This document shows, one piece after another, positions 1 through 12,772 of a stretch of 64,000 bases of DNA. The stretch spans positions 90,024,001 through 90,088,000 of the forward strand of contig NC_058377.1 of assembly GCF_018350175.1 (NCBI RefSeq), given 5' to 3'. The translations under genes were made by a program, and so were the position numbers. This DNA is from Felis catus (taxonomy: Eukaryota). A model generated the notes under the pieces. It made no database searches. It saw only the letters and a list, made by a program, of their open reading frames with translations, and was not told where the DNA came from. The first letter of the stretch is position 1. Each line of letters opens with the position of its first letter.

Positions 1-3000
1 TCCTCCTGCCTGCCATCCATGATCAGCTAGGATGAGCTGAATCTGTCCCACCCACTCAAGATTGGGTGGTTTTGGATGCCTTTCCCCAGACATCCTTGTT
101 TTTTGGGTGTTTTTTTTTTTTTTTTTTTTTGCATTTTTCCTAGCTGAACTTCATTTTTCTGTTGGTGGCGTATTTTTTGATGTCTTAGACGTGTCAGCTG
201 TCTTTCATGTCCAGGCTCCTCTACTGCTTGATTCAAGTGATGTGTATTCCACGTCTAAGTTCATTTATGGGTTGGGGGCAAGGCACCAAGTAACAATGGG
301 CCTCGTTCCCAGTCCCAAGTCATTTCCTAGGTGGCTGCTATTTAATGTAAACGGTTGTTGGCTCCAAGCCATCGGGCCGGGGAGGTGGTGCGGTTGCCGC
401 CATTGGGCAGGGAACGGGACCAGAGAAAGGTCGGGTTCTTCCCAGCCCTGGCACCACACAGCTCCATCACCACAGCCTGCAGCAAGCATGTCCTCAGCAC
501 CTTCCAGAACCATGCCTTTGTTAAGGGCCGGGAATGCGGTGAGGCGAGTTCCAGGAAGAGATGCTTAAAAGGACAGACCGTCCAAGATGGATGCCTGAGT
601 CAAGGCTGGTTCTTTTCGTTTTCCTTTGTCCTTCTGGGGGGAAGGAGGGGGATGTCTCAGCAGCCTTAAGCCCCACAGATGTCCAGTTGGCGTATCCTGA
701 GGTGAAGCGAGCAGCACACAGAGTGGCCGCAGCCAGGGTTGGGGAGGTCGGTCTCCCTTTCCCGTGGGCCTGCTGCTGCAGCCTGTGGTGGACAGGAGAC
801 CCCCCCCCCCCACCGCGAGAGATCGGAACCTTTGCGCCCTCAGTACACACATCCAGGATGGTCAAGAGGCCCTCCCTGAGTTACCAGCACTTGAGCCACA
901 GCTCTGCCAGCCCCGGGGCGGGGAAGCCTGCCCCTGGGGCCCCTCCCCAGGTGCTGCAGGGTCTGCCCCAACCCTACCCTCCTTGCATTTGGGCCTGGGC
1001 CCCCCAGCATTTCGGGGAATAAGAGGACAGTGTGGGGCCGGAGGCAGGGTGAGGGAGACCCTGTGGGACCAGTACGCGCAGGGGTGGGGGAGTGGGGGGC
1101 GAGCAGGTGTTGAAAAATCCTCCTGGGGAGGTGATAGGAGGCAGGACCACAAGTGAACCCTATCAGATTTCACTTACAAAACACAAGTTTGAAGATAAAA
1201 AATACTAAGAATTAAAATGGCAACTGCAGAGCATTAAACCCCAAGCAGGAAGCCCTTCAGGCCATGAGGCCCGGAGGAACATAGGACCATTTGGAGGGTA
1301 GGAGCCTGTGTGACTGCAGATTCCCAGGAGAGAAGACTGTTGGCTCAGTTTGAGACCTGGGTCAGCAACGGGATAGGAAACAGGCCAATCAGCTAAGCCA
1401 GAGATGCAGGCTGTGATCAAGGGGTTTGAGCTTGCACAGTGGGGCACAGATCCATTGAGTGCATGGCGGGAGGTTCTCTGGAGAGCAGGGGCTGTGGGCT
1501 AGGCTGGGCCCAGTGATCCTTCCTCTGCGTGCACGTGACAAACAAAAGCTGGAGACCAGTTAATCAGCTGTAAAATAAGAGCAAAATCCACAAATGCCTA
1601 CGGATAGAAGAGTCTGCAAGATGCTTTTGAAAGGTGCTTTAGTTTCCTGGAAAAGGACGAGTCCACCGAAATAGCCTCAAAACTGCGTGTGACCAGTGGA
1701 TTTTGACCACAGGGCTGGGGAGATGGCAGAATATGGCTAGAGGCTCCTTAAATCCCCTCCTGAGCCCAAGTTTCTATTGCTCTTGTTTTGGCCTAAGTTA
1801 TAGAACTGCCATGCTGTGTATCATGAGGATTTTAAAAGAGTATTTTCTTTTCCATTTCTCCATAATACACAAATCATTCCTTTTCATTGAAAAAAAAATG
1901 TCTTTTTTTCTTCCCCAAATGTCTCCTTGAAGGGGGAGAAGTAGGAGAGAGAGGGAAGAAGAACCTGGGCCATCGTTGAAAGCTTATCCCTTAAGGTATA
2001 GATACAGAGTGATTTTTATCAAGTAAAGAAAACGTCAACAGATTTAGGGACCCTGTATCACTTTCTCTCCTCTTCTACATATTCTGTCTCTCATCTTGAT
2101 TTCTTAAAAGTTCAAAATGGGCTTCAGCACCAAAACAGGCAATATATATTCAGCCAATGTTTATTAACATCTGCTATGTTTGGGGCACTGTTCCCAGAGC
2201 AGTAAGAAATGGCCTTCACCGCTAAGGACCTAGTGAGTATGATACAGGGTTTGAATTTGTTTCTTTAACTCATGACATCGCCTGGACTAGGCTTTTATCT
2301 CTCTGTTGTGAGTACTTCCTGTTCTCCCACCACTCTACCCCCACCCCTGCCATTTAAAATGTAGACGTCATAGGACAAAGTCACAAAAACTGCATTAAGA
2401 GGGAGGCGCAATCACATTCACAGGTGCATTGCAGAAACATGACATCTTGGAAGGTTGTAAAGTTGTTTTGGAAGAAGCCTGGGACATCTGTGTTGGCATC
2501 AGAGGTGGTGACAGAGACTAATGGCATCAGGAGCCCTTGCACAGAGCACCCAGGGGAAGTTCTGAGAACTTCACCTGGATGGGTGATAGGGACCCACACA
2601 GAGACTTGAGGCCCCAGCTGCTCAGAAACATGCAGGTGGAGCGACTGCCTTCTGGAAGGCACCTGCACAGTCCTTTCCTGTCCAGCCCGGCTGTCACAGA
2701 GCCTTGCTTCTGATAGTCTAAATTTGGTGCAGTGGTGTTTTCTTGCTTTCTGACCCAGAAGCTGTTGGGATTCGTTTGCTTGGCTGGAAGGTGGAGAATG
2801 CAGGTGGGGTCTCACTGGAACTACCTCTCTGTTCCATTGTTCTGTGTAAAGGAATTGATTTTTGTCTCCTTTAACAGAGTTGGTGTTCTCCTAGAAGATG
2901 TCATTCCGACTTTGAGTTGGGGTTCCATCTTGACACTAAACGCTGGCCAACTACCTTTTGAAGTTAGATCATCTCTTGTGAATTTTAATAGGGCTTCTGA

Positions 3001-3185
3001 AATTTGGTTTATATGTGTGACTCACAGAAATGTGACAGTTCCTTTGACAAAATATTTTAATATGTTTGATGTAGGCCCATTCATTACCGACTCTCTTTAA
3101 CTCCCACTCCTTTGTGAAGATAGATGGGCTAAGAGAACAGCTATTATCATCAATGCCCATTACCACTGAGTACTAAGGACATGAG

Positions 3186-3189
<4 letters not shown>

Positions 3190-3220
<31 letters not shown>
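3190..3220. repeat. (TG)15 microsatellite
   Basis: Read directly. Confidence 0.98.
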
Positions 3221-3223
<3 letters not shown>

Positions 3224-3239
3224 GACTAAGTCTTATAAG

Positions 3240-3380
3240 AACTTTATGATGTTGCTGGTATGGTGCCATTTTACAGCTGAGGAATTCAAGTATTAGAGAA
3301 AGTTCAAGATCACACAGCTCGAGTGTGGCCAAGCTGGGACTTGAGCCCCTGTCTGATACCCAAATTCTTTCCACTCTGCT
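3240..3380 (-). mobile_element. MIR remnant (representative; similar cores at ~8890-9050, 9880-10000, 13440-13600, 17190-17300, 23930-24080, 31430-31630, 34990-35120, 37060-37250, 54860-54960)
   Basis: MIR core motif cattttacagatgaggaaactgag / cctcagtttcctcatctgtaaaatgg. Confidence 0.7.
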
Positions 3381-4388
3381 ATGCACGAGGGTTTGCATCA
3401 TTGTCATCGTTGCAACAGGGTTTTAAGGTTTTATAAAGGAGAATACTAAGAAATGCATTAGGTTTTCTATAGGATACAGATCACCATGGGCCCCCTGTCC
3501 CATAAGCATAGGACTTTGTTAATCTGATAATGTGAGGTGAGTGGAGAGGCACCAGCGCATCCTTGCTCTTGGAGCTTCTGTGACCTGTGAAGAGGCTGCT
3601 CCACTTCTTATGGGACCAGCGCTAGCCCTTCAAGGGGGCTCTGGGTGGGGAGACTTGCTAGAAGGCAACAAAGCAGAGTGGAGAGAACATGGCTTTTAGA
3701 GCCAAGAAGACCTGGTCTGTCTCCTGTAGGCAGTCTCTTCACTGACCGTCAGTAAAGTGAAGGTCATGGCACCAACCGGATAGGACTGTTGGGAGGGTAG
3801 CAATTAGGTGAAATGAAGGATATAAACCCTCTGACATGCGCAGAACACTCAGCAGTTGCTAGGTACAATTGCACAAGGACTTAACCGTACTCTCTCTTTC
3901 CACAGCTTTCCATGCACACCCTCACTGGTGGACACATACTCACGGCTGCTTAAGGTTTTGCATACAGTCTCTTTCATGCTTGCGTGGGAAACCCTAAATT
4001 CATCTCTTAAAAAAATATATTATCTCTGCACAATTTCCCATTACCTCAACGCTCCCTTTTCTGAGTTTAGATGAAGGGCTTGAAGGACATCGGGTGTCCA
4101 CCACAGGCCTGCCGGAGGACTCAGCCAAGCCTGTGGCATGCCTCCTCCCTGCTTGGAGGGATGGAATGGTGGTTGAGTTTGGCTCTCGTCTCCCTCGTTT
4201 GCCGTGGGATGTCTTGTTGACTTCTCCCGAAGCCTGATCTTCCAAGAGGACAGATGGCTTCTAGTACTGGGAAGCGTGACTGGCATCCAAGGGCCCAGAG
4301 CCCCGCGCCCTCACCCACTGGACGTGGAAGAGGTTTTGTCGGTGCGTGAAGTAGCCCAACCCTTGTGTTCTTTGTTCTCTCTTGACAG

Positions 4389-4446
4389 AATCAGCTTCTT
4401 GCCAAAGGCCTGTTGTTTGTGGAGGAGAAGATTAAGCTGTGTGAAG
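4389..4446 (+). CDS. PRR5L: PRR5L internal coding exon (NQLLAKGLLFVEEKIKLCE-G), 58 nt, GC donor
   Basis: Acceptor cttgacag|AAT. Translation matches recalled PRR5L NQLLAKGLFFVEEKIKLCEG. Donor GAAG|gcaagt; the split Gly codon joins the next exon in frame. Confidence 0.95.
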
Positions 4447-5139
4447 GCAAGTACAAGGCAGCCCTCGTACAGTGGGCCCTGTGACTCAGCCTCTGCTGTT
4501 TGGACAGCTGAAATGCTTCTGTCCAAGAGTGGCAGGCTCCAAGTGAGTGATTCACCCTGTCTCTCGCTCCCCCCGCGAGCGGCCCCACTTGCTTGGAGCC
4601 AGCCACTGTGGCTGTGCCCGTCAGATCTGTTTTTTGAAAAATGAGGTGGGATTGGGGTGGTCTTCTCCGAGAACCCTCGCCGAGGGTGTTTCACGGGATG
4701 CGTGCTGGCGGTCCCCTGTGGAGGGATAAATTCTACCACGGATCCTGACGTGCTGTTCTCCCTCGTCTGACCCAGGCTATTTCTAACCGGCCTTTTTCAT
4801 CTTAGTTGAGGTCCTATATGACAGGAGGCCTACCTGTTTGGGGGGCATTAGGCTAAACAGGCCCCTGCTGAATGGCGTATGATTTGATAGGCAATGGAAG
4901 ATTCCTGGCCTGAAAAGATTCTAGAGCCCAGCAGACAGAATAGAAAGGGACCGAATGGAGATGGGAGATGGGACCAAGGCAAAGTGCGGCCAACCCCGGG
5001 ACTCTATCAAGGGCTACCTCTCCGCTGCCTCCAAGGTGGATTCTGACCTTAGCTTACCACCTACTTCTTCGGTGACTTTGGCCAAGTTTCTAGTTCCTTT
5101 GAGCCTTAGTTTTTACTGATTATTTATTTTTGAAAATTT

Positions 5140-5325
5140 TTTATTAAAATTTTTTTAAGTTTATTTCGAGAGAGAGAAATAGAAAGAGAGAGAAAGAGAA
5201 TCCCAAGCAGGCACTATGCTCAGCGCAGAGCCCAGTGCAGGGCTTGAACTCATGAACCGTGAGATCATGACCTGAGTTGAAATCAAGAGTCAGATGCTTA
5301 ACTGACTGAGCCACCCAGGCGCCCC
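5140..5325 (-). mobile_element. Carnivore SINE (SINEC, CAAGAGTC-type)
   Basis: Reverse-complement head ggggcgcctgggtggctcagtcagttaag, (GA)n tract and T-rich tail. Confidence 0.9.
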
Positions 5326-7204
5326 AGTTTTTTATCATTTTTAAAATGACCAAATGGGCTAGGGGTTATAAGGAGTATAAGGAGTGTACCTGGCGTAGCA
5401 TCATACTTGGCATGCCGTAGGTCCACAAACTGGTTTCTTTCTTTTTTTTTTTTTTTTTGGTACTTTAGCCTAAAGACCTCTATCTGTAGGTCAAATTTAC
5501 TACTAGTCCCAGACATATCAGGCCATAGAGCATCCCTTTTTTTTCACCTCCATTCCCTGGGAAAGAGATTCTTGTTCCATGAAGTGTCCCCTGGGAAGAC
5601 AAAGTAGGAGACAAATGAGAAGCTGACACCGGAAAGTTCCGGTGCTTGGCCCACAGTAAGTGCTCAGCAGACCTTTGGATGAATAGAGATTAGAAATTAA
5701 CTTCCATATATGTGACAGCTGACTGAACTTGTAACCTTGTTTTCCTTCCATATAGCTGTATTCAGGCTTTCTCAACCTTATAAACACCCACTAGCCCAGG
5801 GTCTTAGTTTTAAGTGAGTGGCTCTGACAGGGATTTTGTGCCCCTTTTGCATTTAACAGTCGGGCCAGTACACAAGTACGGACAGTGGCTGCCTAGTAAA
5901 GGGGGGGAAGGGAAGCGTGGTCTCTCGCCACATCATTTGTCTGTAAGTCACCTGAGGGGTTACTACATGCTCCTGCAAATGTGGGAAACCAGCTTCATGA
6001 AAAAGATACCGAGCAAAACCAGGTCTGTAAGTGTTTTCAGGGAAGAGTCGATGTCTCTTATTCCAGTGACGCTTGACACGGATACATTTGGAGCGAAGGC
6101 TCAGAAATGGTGCTGAATGGGGTAAATGAAGGTCATCTGAGGTTCTCTGCCTCTGCCCTAAAGCACGCCATGGGGCACCAGGGCGGGGGTTCTCCCCGGG
6201 TCCGTGCTGGCCATGAGGTCTGCATGTCACCTCTGCACAGTGAAAGAGGTGGAGAACCTTGAAGGGCCTTTCCTGTCTTCAGCCAGAACTTCTCCACCTT
6301 TTTATTTCATGTATTACAACCGCACGAAAGATTTTATTTGACAGAAAGGATTCCCTTGCTATAGGATCCATCCTATCACTGAACAGACCGTACTCTGTTG
6401 ACCTGATTGTTTTATGGACACATTGTACATGTGTCCCTTACGGCCGCAGAAAGGACAGAGGTAGCTCTTATCCTTGTGTTGATCTTTTGTGGGCAGGATC
6501 TGCCGTGTTTCTTCCAGGAATCTTTCCCAGAGCTTTCGTGGCCTCGACCGTAAGGAGTCCCTGATTCCCCTTCTATGGGCTTCCGGTGATCTAAACTCCT
6601 GTGGCACATTTAGAGGACAGTTTTTATAGGGTGGTTGTCTAGAAGCTTCTGTGCAGCCCCCTTCATCTTTGCGGGGAGCTAAGTCCTTAGGGGCTGTTTC
6701 TGGAGGTGAAGTCACCTCCCTGAAACTCTTTCTTCCCCGGGGTCACCCTGTTTTGTTAGCCTGTGTCAGTCGGACATTCTTCTCTGAACACTTTCCAAAA
6801 CCTCCATTACTCTGTGAAGTTCGAAGCCAGCAATTAGACCCGAGTTCCCAGGAGAGGTGCCTTCCTGCTGCTGGGTTGAAAGATTACCTCATGTGCTGAC
6901 GAGCTCTCCATCCTGGCGGTGGAGGGGAATAAGTGGGCACCGGCACGGATCTGCAGGATTCTCCTGCCCTTCCTTCGTGTCGGGAAGGCCTCTGCTGGGC
7001 TTTGTAATGGAAGGCTTAGGATACAGGCTGTCAATAAAGCAGCTGGAATATGGCCTTTTCTCCTGTGCAGTACGTTCCCCGGGTGTTGGGTTCACCTTGG
7101 TTTTGGGTACCAGGATGGCTTAACATGTCAGATGTTCCTTTTGAGCTCCCCGACTCCTCCCTGCCACGAACTAGCATAGCCTACATTTGAAAAGATTGGT
7201 TCGT

Positions 7205-7800
7205 TCAGACATTGGTTGATTATCAGCCATCTACCAGGCACTTTGCTAGGTGCTGGGGACACGGTGGTGAACAAAACCATCCTAGGATTCCAGGCCCTCG
7301 TGGATTAGCTCATAACCCAGTGGTGAAGAGAGAGATTAATCAAATCATTATGAAATATAACACTGTAACTGCAGCAGGTACTAAGAATACAGTCTGGGGC
7401 ACCTGGGTGACTCGGTTGGACGTCCGGCTTTGGCTCAGGTCACGATCTCACGGTTCGTGGGTTCGAGCCCCACATCGGGCTCAGAGCCTGGAGCCTGCTG
7501 GGATTCTGTGTCTCCCTTTCTCTCTGCCCTTCCCCTGTTCCTGCTCTGTCTCTCTCTCAAAAATAAATAAAAATTTAAAAGATTAAAAAAAAAAAAGAAT
7601 ACAGTCTGTAGGAGGGAGGTTTGATCCATGGGTGAGACTTTGCTATAGAAGTGATGCTGGAGCTGAAACTAAAAGAATAGGCAGGTGTAGGTGAGGCAGA
7701 AAGAGGGGTAAAGAATAGTCTAGGCAAAGGGACTAGCACATGCAAATGCCCTGTGGTGTGCAGAGCATGGTGAGCCTGAGGGGCTGAAATAAAATCCACG
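7205..7800. mobile_element. L2 3'-end remnant interrupted by the SINE
   Basis: Resembles recalled L2 consensus (ccaggcactttgctaggtgctggggacac...ggcaaagggactagcacatgcaaatgccctgtgg). Confidence 0.65.
7396..7594 (+). mobile_element. SINEC inserted in an L2, with 13-bp TSD aagaatacagtct
   Basis: TSD copies at 7383-7395 and 7595-7607. Confidence 0.92.
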
Positions 7801-9317
7801 TACTTAGGGGAATAGAGAAGGAGGGTGAGGATGCAGAAGAAGGAAACAGACTGTCCCCTCCAGATTGCCCGTGTTGCGGATGTTTCCTTGATCTAAGACC
7901 AAAGGAAAATGTTGGAGCTAATTATTAAGTCCTGCTGTGTCCTGTCCCATGCTGGGGCTAAATGTTAACCCCCTTCACTCACCAGCCGCAGCATCTGCGA
8001 AAGCCTGTACCCTTGATACTTGTGATTCATTCACTCAAAGATTTCTAAAAAGTAATTTATTGATCTGGCAACATGCCAGGCACTAGAAATAATAATGGTG
8101 GGGCAGGACAGACAGGACCCAGACGCCCATCCCATTCTAGGAGAGGAGACAGAGAAGTCAATCAGTGATTCCAACAACGTGTAATTAGCACTTTGTGAGG
8201 CAAATTACAGGGGACTATGGATTTGCATTTTCCCCTAGCGTGTGTCTCTCCAAGCTTTCAAAAATCCATGCATCTTTGGCCCCGCTAGCTGCTGGTTCTG
8301 CCCTTGTTCTGTTCTGTCTCCCAGCCGCTGCTTTTATTGTCCATTAAATTAATAGGCGGAAGAGGCTAAATGAATCTTTCAAGATCTGTTCAGTGGAACT
8401 GGCAGTGTTTTGCCAAACGCATCTTTCAGTGTCTAATCTTGGCCGACCCAGTTTCTCGGCCTCAGATGAGCAAAGACGGTGCCCAATCAGCTCTGTTATC
8501 TAGGTCATTAAAAAGCAGCCACCGTGTAGGCTCCTCTCTGCCAGTGCCGGCCTTTCCTGCAGGTGCGGGGTTCCTGGCACGGCCTTCTGGTGGCATTGGG
8601 TGACCCATGTACACCCAGCCTGGGAGCGGTGCCTGACCAGTGGCTCAGGATCCCAGGGGTGAGCGTACGTATAGCATCAGGAGGCGGGGCCTGAGTTCTG
8701 CAGGTGATACGCTGCCTCCCTCTCCCCGCTGGTTATTGCAAACCAGTGGGTGGAAGTGACAGTTTCCAGGCCCTTCTTTTCACCTCCTTGTCCCAACAGC
8801 TCAAATCCAGAATGAAAACCCAGTGTCGTAGTGATTAGAAAATCAAAACAATATATAATTGTGCACGTGATCGTCCCAGATAATGTTGGTCAAGGGCATG
8901 GATTCTGGAATCCCAGCTCTGCCTTCTAGCCGTGTGATGTTAGGCTAGACACCTGGCCTGTCTCTCTGAGCCTGTAAAGTGAGGGAATAGTTTATTCATG
9001 AAATGTAGATGAGGAGTTTAGTACAGTGCCTGAGAATGTTGTTACCATTCTCACCACAGCAGCAACTGTTCTGTGATTTCCAGACTTCAGCTCCCTTTCC
9101 TGGATTGGGGGATAGAAGACATGTTTGCCTCTTTTCGGTTAAGTCTTTCCACTCATTCCCACGTTTACTTGTAGCAGTGCCTCCTAGATGAAATGTAGGT
9201 CATGAGTTACCTGCCCCCATGCTCCCTTTGACACGGAGCGGTCTCTAGCCTCTCCTGCAAGTAATGACAAATTCTTTTTCTTTCTTTCTCCCCTCCCATC
9301 TTCTCGCCCTCGTGTAG

Positions 9318-9409
9318 GTGAAAATCGCATTGAGGTTCTGGCTGAAGTGTGGGACCACTTCTTCACTGAGACTCTCCCCACCCTGCAGGCAATATTTTAT
9401 CCAGTTCAG
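9318..9409 (+). CDS. PRR5L: PRR5L coding exon (G-ENRIEVLAEVWDHFFTETLPTLQAIFYPVQ), 92 nt
   Basis: Acceptor gtgtag|GT, donor CAG|gtcagt; translation matches recalled PRR5L. Confidence 0.97.
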
Positions 9410-10612
9410 GTCAGTCTCGGAGGAACGACCTCCTGCCGGCCTCAGCACTCTGTCTCATTCCTTGGCCTTTGCCAGCTCGGGCCTCCTGGTGAACCGGGGA
9501 GAGGCAGGACGTTGGGTGCCTGAGTCGGCTAAGGACCTTGGGGCTCTTTGAAGGGCTCTCTGGTCTGTGTTTAGCATCTGACCTCCAGCAAAGAGAGAGC
9601 GCCTGCGTAACTAGCAATTTGTAGGCTCTCCTCACCCTCTTGGTTTTGAATATGCCTTGTATGTTCTCGGAGTGGTTTGTTTCTTCCAGCTTTTCAGAAG
9701 CAGAGATGGGGTAGGGAGACTGTTTTCTTTTCTGTCCCTTTCTTTCTTTGCTCCCCCCTCCCTTTCTTTGAAGCACAATTTTAAGGCAGGGTTCCTGTTG
9801 TTCCAAACTGTGGGAAAGGAATAATGTTTCTTGCCCTCTGTAAGGGATTCCCGAAGACAAGTAGCCACATGATGTAGCAGAAAGAACACTAGACTGAGAA
9901 TCAGTAGTTGGTCCTGGGCAAACTCATTTCACTTCTCTGAGCATAGCTCGGTTTCATCTGCAAAATGTGGAATTTCGTGTGAGCAGTGAGTAGCATCTCT
10001 TTGGTATTATTGTGTGACCTGGGCTTCTCCTAACACTTGAGGTGATTTCCTTCCATCTTCCCGCAGAGTCTAATAGCAGGACGAGGCATTGCCAGTGCAG
10101 AGTAGACGCCCCCGAAGGCAGGTGTACCAATCGATGTTCCTCTCCCAGACTCACCTCTCCATCCTGCATTAACACTGCCCCCCCCCCACCCCGCCCCTGG
10201 GCTTAAGGCTCCTATCTCACCTGGCTTTGGGGAAGTGTGGGTGTAGGGCATAGCAGCTGAGCCATTAACAGTGGTAGGAATGACCCTGGTACCAGACCTA
10301 AGGGCCCACATGCTTTGTTTGCTCTGAATGGTATTTTATGGGAGCTTGGAATTCTTTTAAATATGTATCAATATTTAAACATTGGGAAGTTATGCCTACA
10401 GAGCTCCTTTCCATTTCTGGCCTGCCCCTAACAATTTTTAGTAGAAGCCTCTGGCCTGCACAGCTCACTGCTCTTTTGATCCCTTCCATTACCCTCGGGT
10501 CCATCCTTTACCCCCGTGAGGGGGTTTGCAGCATTTATGTAGACAATTCAGCCCCCGTACCATGTGATAGTCACTAGGCCAGCACTGGGTCCTAAGAAGA
10601 CAGACCTAGGGG

Positions 10613-10763
10613 TAGGATTCCCAGATTTAGCAAATAAAATGACAGGATGCTGAGTTAGATTTCAATTTCAGATAAACAATGAATAATGCAACATTTGGGG
10701 TGTGCTTCTACTAAAAAATGATTCACATTCTACTGGACATCCTCTGTTTTATTTGGCATCCTG
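10613..10763. mobile_element. MER53-like palindromic hAT MITE, centre partly deleted
   Basis: taggattcccagatttagcaaataaaatgacaggatg...atttggcatcctg, with terminal inverted repeats. Confidence 0.75.
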
Positions 10764-12190
10764 TTGGCGGAGGTGTATAGACCCGGGTCTCTCTCTTGGG
10801 ACCTGGTGGGCATGGAATTTCAAGGGGTGGGTGTATCCAGATGGGTTTAGAATGGAAGTGTGGCACCTGAGTGAGCATGGCCCTGGGACAATCGTCAGAT
10901 GGCCAAGAAGGGCCCTCACATACATCCAAGCGGGAGCCCAGCTGTGAGGGTCTGAGGACGTTACTGTCCTGCTTCTCTCGAAGAATCAGAAGCTCCGGTG
11001 ACGGGTGATGCTGCCCGTCCATCCGCTTCCCCACACACGGTTTCCCAAGTGCTGTTGCTGCCGCTGCTGTTCCAGACACCCCACCGCGGGAATCCCTGAG
11101 TTAGCGGTTCTCACTACTGGTGGTAACACACCAAGGTGTCTGTTTGTCCGGCTAGATCCTTCTTAGAGCCCCCTGCCTGGATGGGTGTCTGACACCTACT
11201 TCCTCATTGGACAAGTGTGGTTTTGAGTACCTACTGTGTTCAAGGGTGTGGAAGCTTGCCTTCATCTTCCTACCTCATAAGGGGAAAGGAACCCTGGAGG
11301 GGAAGCGAGGGCAGAGACCTAAGAGACAGGCGGTCAGTGTCGAGTGCTGGCGTGTGGGGCAAAAAGTAGCAACTGTAGCACCTTAAGGTGGTGGGGAAGG
11401 CAATCAGGGAGGGGGGTGGTTGACCCGAGCCTGGAAGGCACTGGTGGTGGTTGTGTGCATCTCTTGGTGGAGGGAGTGGGGGGATGCGGGGATGGCAACC
11501 CTAAGGAGTTACGGGAAATGTAAAATTTCCTTAAGCCTTGGCAGACTTGTGGGATGAAAAGCTACATCCTGTTTGGCAGGTGCCTTGATGATATCTTTGG
11601 CTCTCCCAAGAGCAACCCATCTTTGGTGTGTGTTGTATATATATGTGCAAAGGAGAGTCTAGGAAAGGGGCCCTCCTTTCTCTTTTGGGAAACTTTGGCA
11701 GCTCTAAAATCAACCGGTTAATGTTTGAGATCCAGCTCTTCCCTGGATATAGTACCATAACCCTGTCCTTCAGGGTTTTCATCTGCGGAGTAGGTTTTGT
11801 AATAGTACCTATCCGAAAGGGTGGCGACTAAACGTGTTACTTCCATCTAAAATATTTAGAGTCATGGCTTGCACAGGGAGCTTGGGTAGTATCAGCTCTT
11901 AGGATTATTAGTTATGTTCATCCTCCGCCTGCACCCTGCACGGTCAAAACGAGTCCCTGTGTTTTTCCTTCTTTGCCTGTCATGCGCCAGGCGCTCACAT
12001 ATTAAGCAAAGTTGAGGAAGCAGCCTTGAAAGTGGGGGGCAGGGCTAGTGTTGATCTTTTCTCTCGCTTCCCCCCATCTTCCTTTCTTCCTCCTTCCTGA
12101 ATGCCCCTTGCCCCCCATGACAGCATAGCCCCCATGTATCTTGTCCCATCTTGGGTCACTTAGGCGGATTGAGTGAGTCACACCTTATCT

Positions 12191-12410
12191 TTTTTTTCCT
12201 TTAATGTTTTATTTATTTTTGAGAGAGAGAGAGAGAGAAAGAGCACAAGTTGGGGAGGGGCAGAGAGAGAGGGAGACACAGAGTTGGAAGCAGGCTCCAG
12301 GCTCCGAGCCGTCAGCACAGAGCCCAGCACGGGGTTCGAACCCACAAACTGTGAGATCATGACCTGAGCTGAAGTCAGACGCTTAACCGACTGAGCCACG
12401 AGGCACCTCT
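12191..12410 (-). mobile_element. SINEC with TSD tgagtcacacctta
   Basis: TSD copies at 12174-12187 and 12410-12423. Confidence 0.92.
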
Positions 12411-12634
12411 GAGTCACACCTTAATCTTAAATGAAGTTTTCATTTGGAAGGACGGGGGGAGGAAGGGGCCAAATCTTCGACTTTTTGGCAGTCTTCTCCC
12501 CACCCAGGTCTGCAGACACCTCATCCCGGCCCATCGTGGTGCTCTGTACACACTGGTTGTCCTGGAACCCCCGTGGTTAGTGGCATATCCAGCGGGCTCT
12601 CACCTCCCAGCCCTGCCCCCTCTCTCCTCTCCAG

Positions 12635-12772
12635 GGCCAGGAGCTGACCATCCGCCAGATCTCTCTGCTGGGCTTCCGCGACCTGGTCCTGCTGAAGGTG
12701 AAGCCGGGCGACTTGCTGCTGGCCCGGTCCCAGCCGCCCTCATCCATTGTCCAGATGTTGCTCGTCCTGCAG
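12635..12772 (+). CDS. PRR5L: PRR5L coding exon (GQELTIRQISLLGFRDLVLLKVKPGDLLLARSQPPSSIVQMLLVLQ), 138 nt
   Basis: Polypyrimidine tract then ccag|GGC; donor CAG|gtgggt; 46 codons, phase 0/0; matches PRR5L. Confidence 0.96.

Noticed and set aside
480-545. STFQNHAFVKG resembles DYFQNQLLAKG; GC-rich region with several ORFs over 100 aa (62-1156)
   Set aside because: No splice architecture or extended homology; long ORFs are expected by chance in GC-rich DNA.
3060-3100. Peptide DVGPFITDSL resembles the PRR5L exon ELGSFITDYFQ
   Set aside because: It ends in a stop, has no donor site and similarity is short. The true exon is presumably upstream of the window.
10613-10763. MER53 as a possible miR-1302-type precursor
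   Set aside because: The central hairpin is partly deleted and the region matching the recalled mature sequence is degenerate (ttggggtgtgcttctactaaa).
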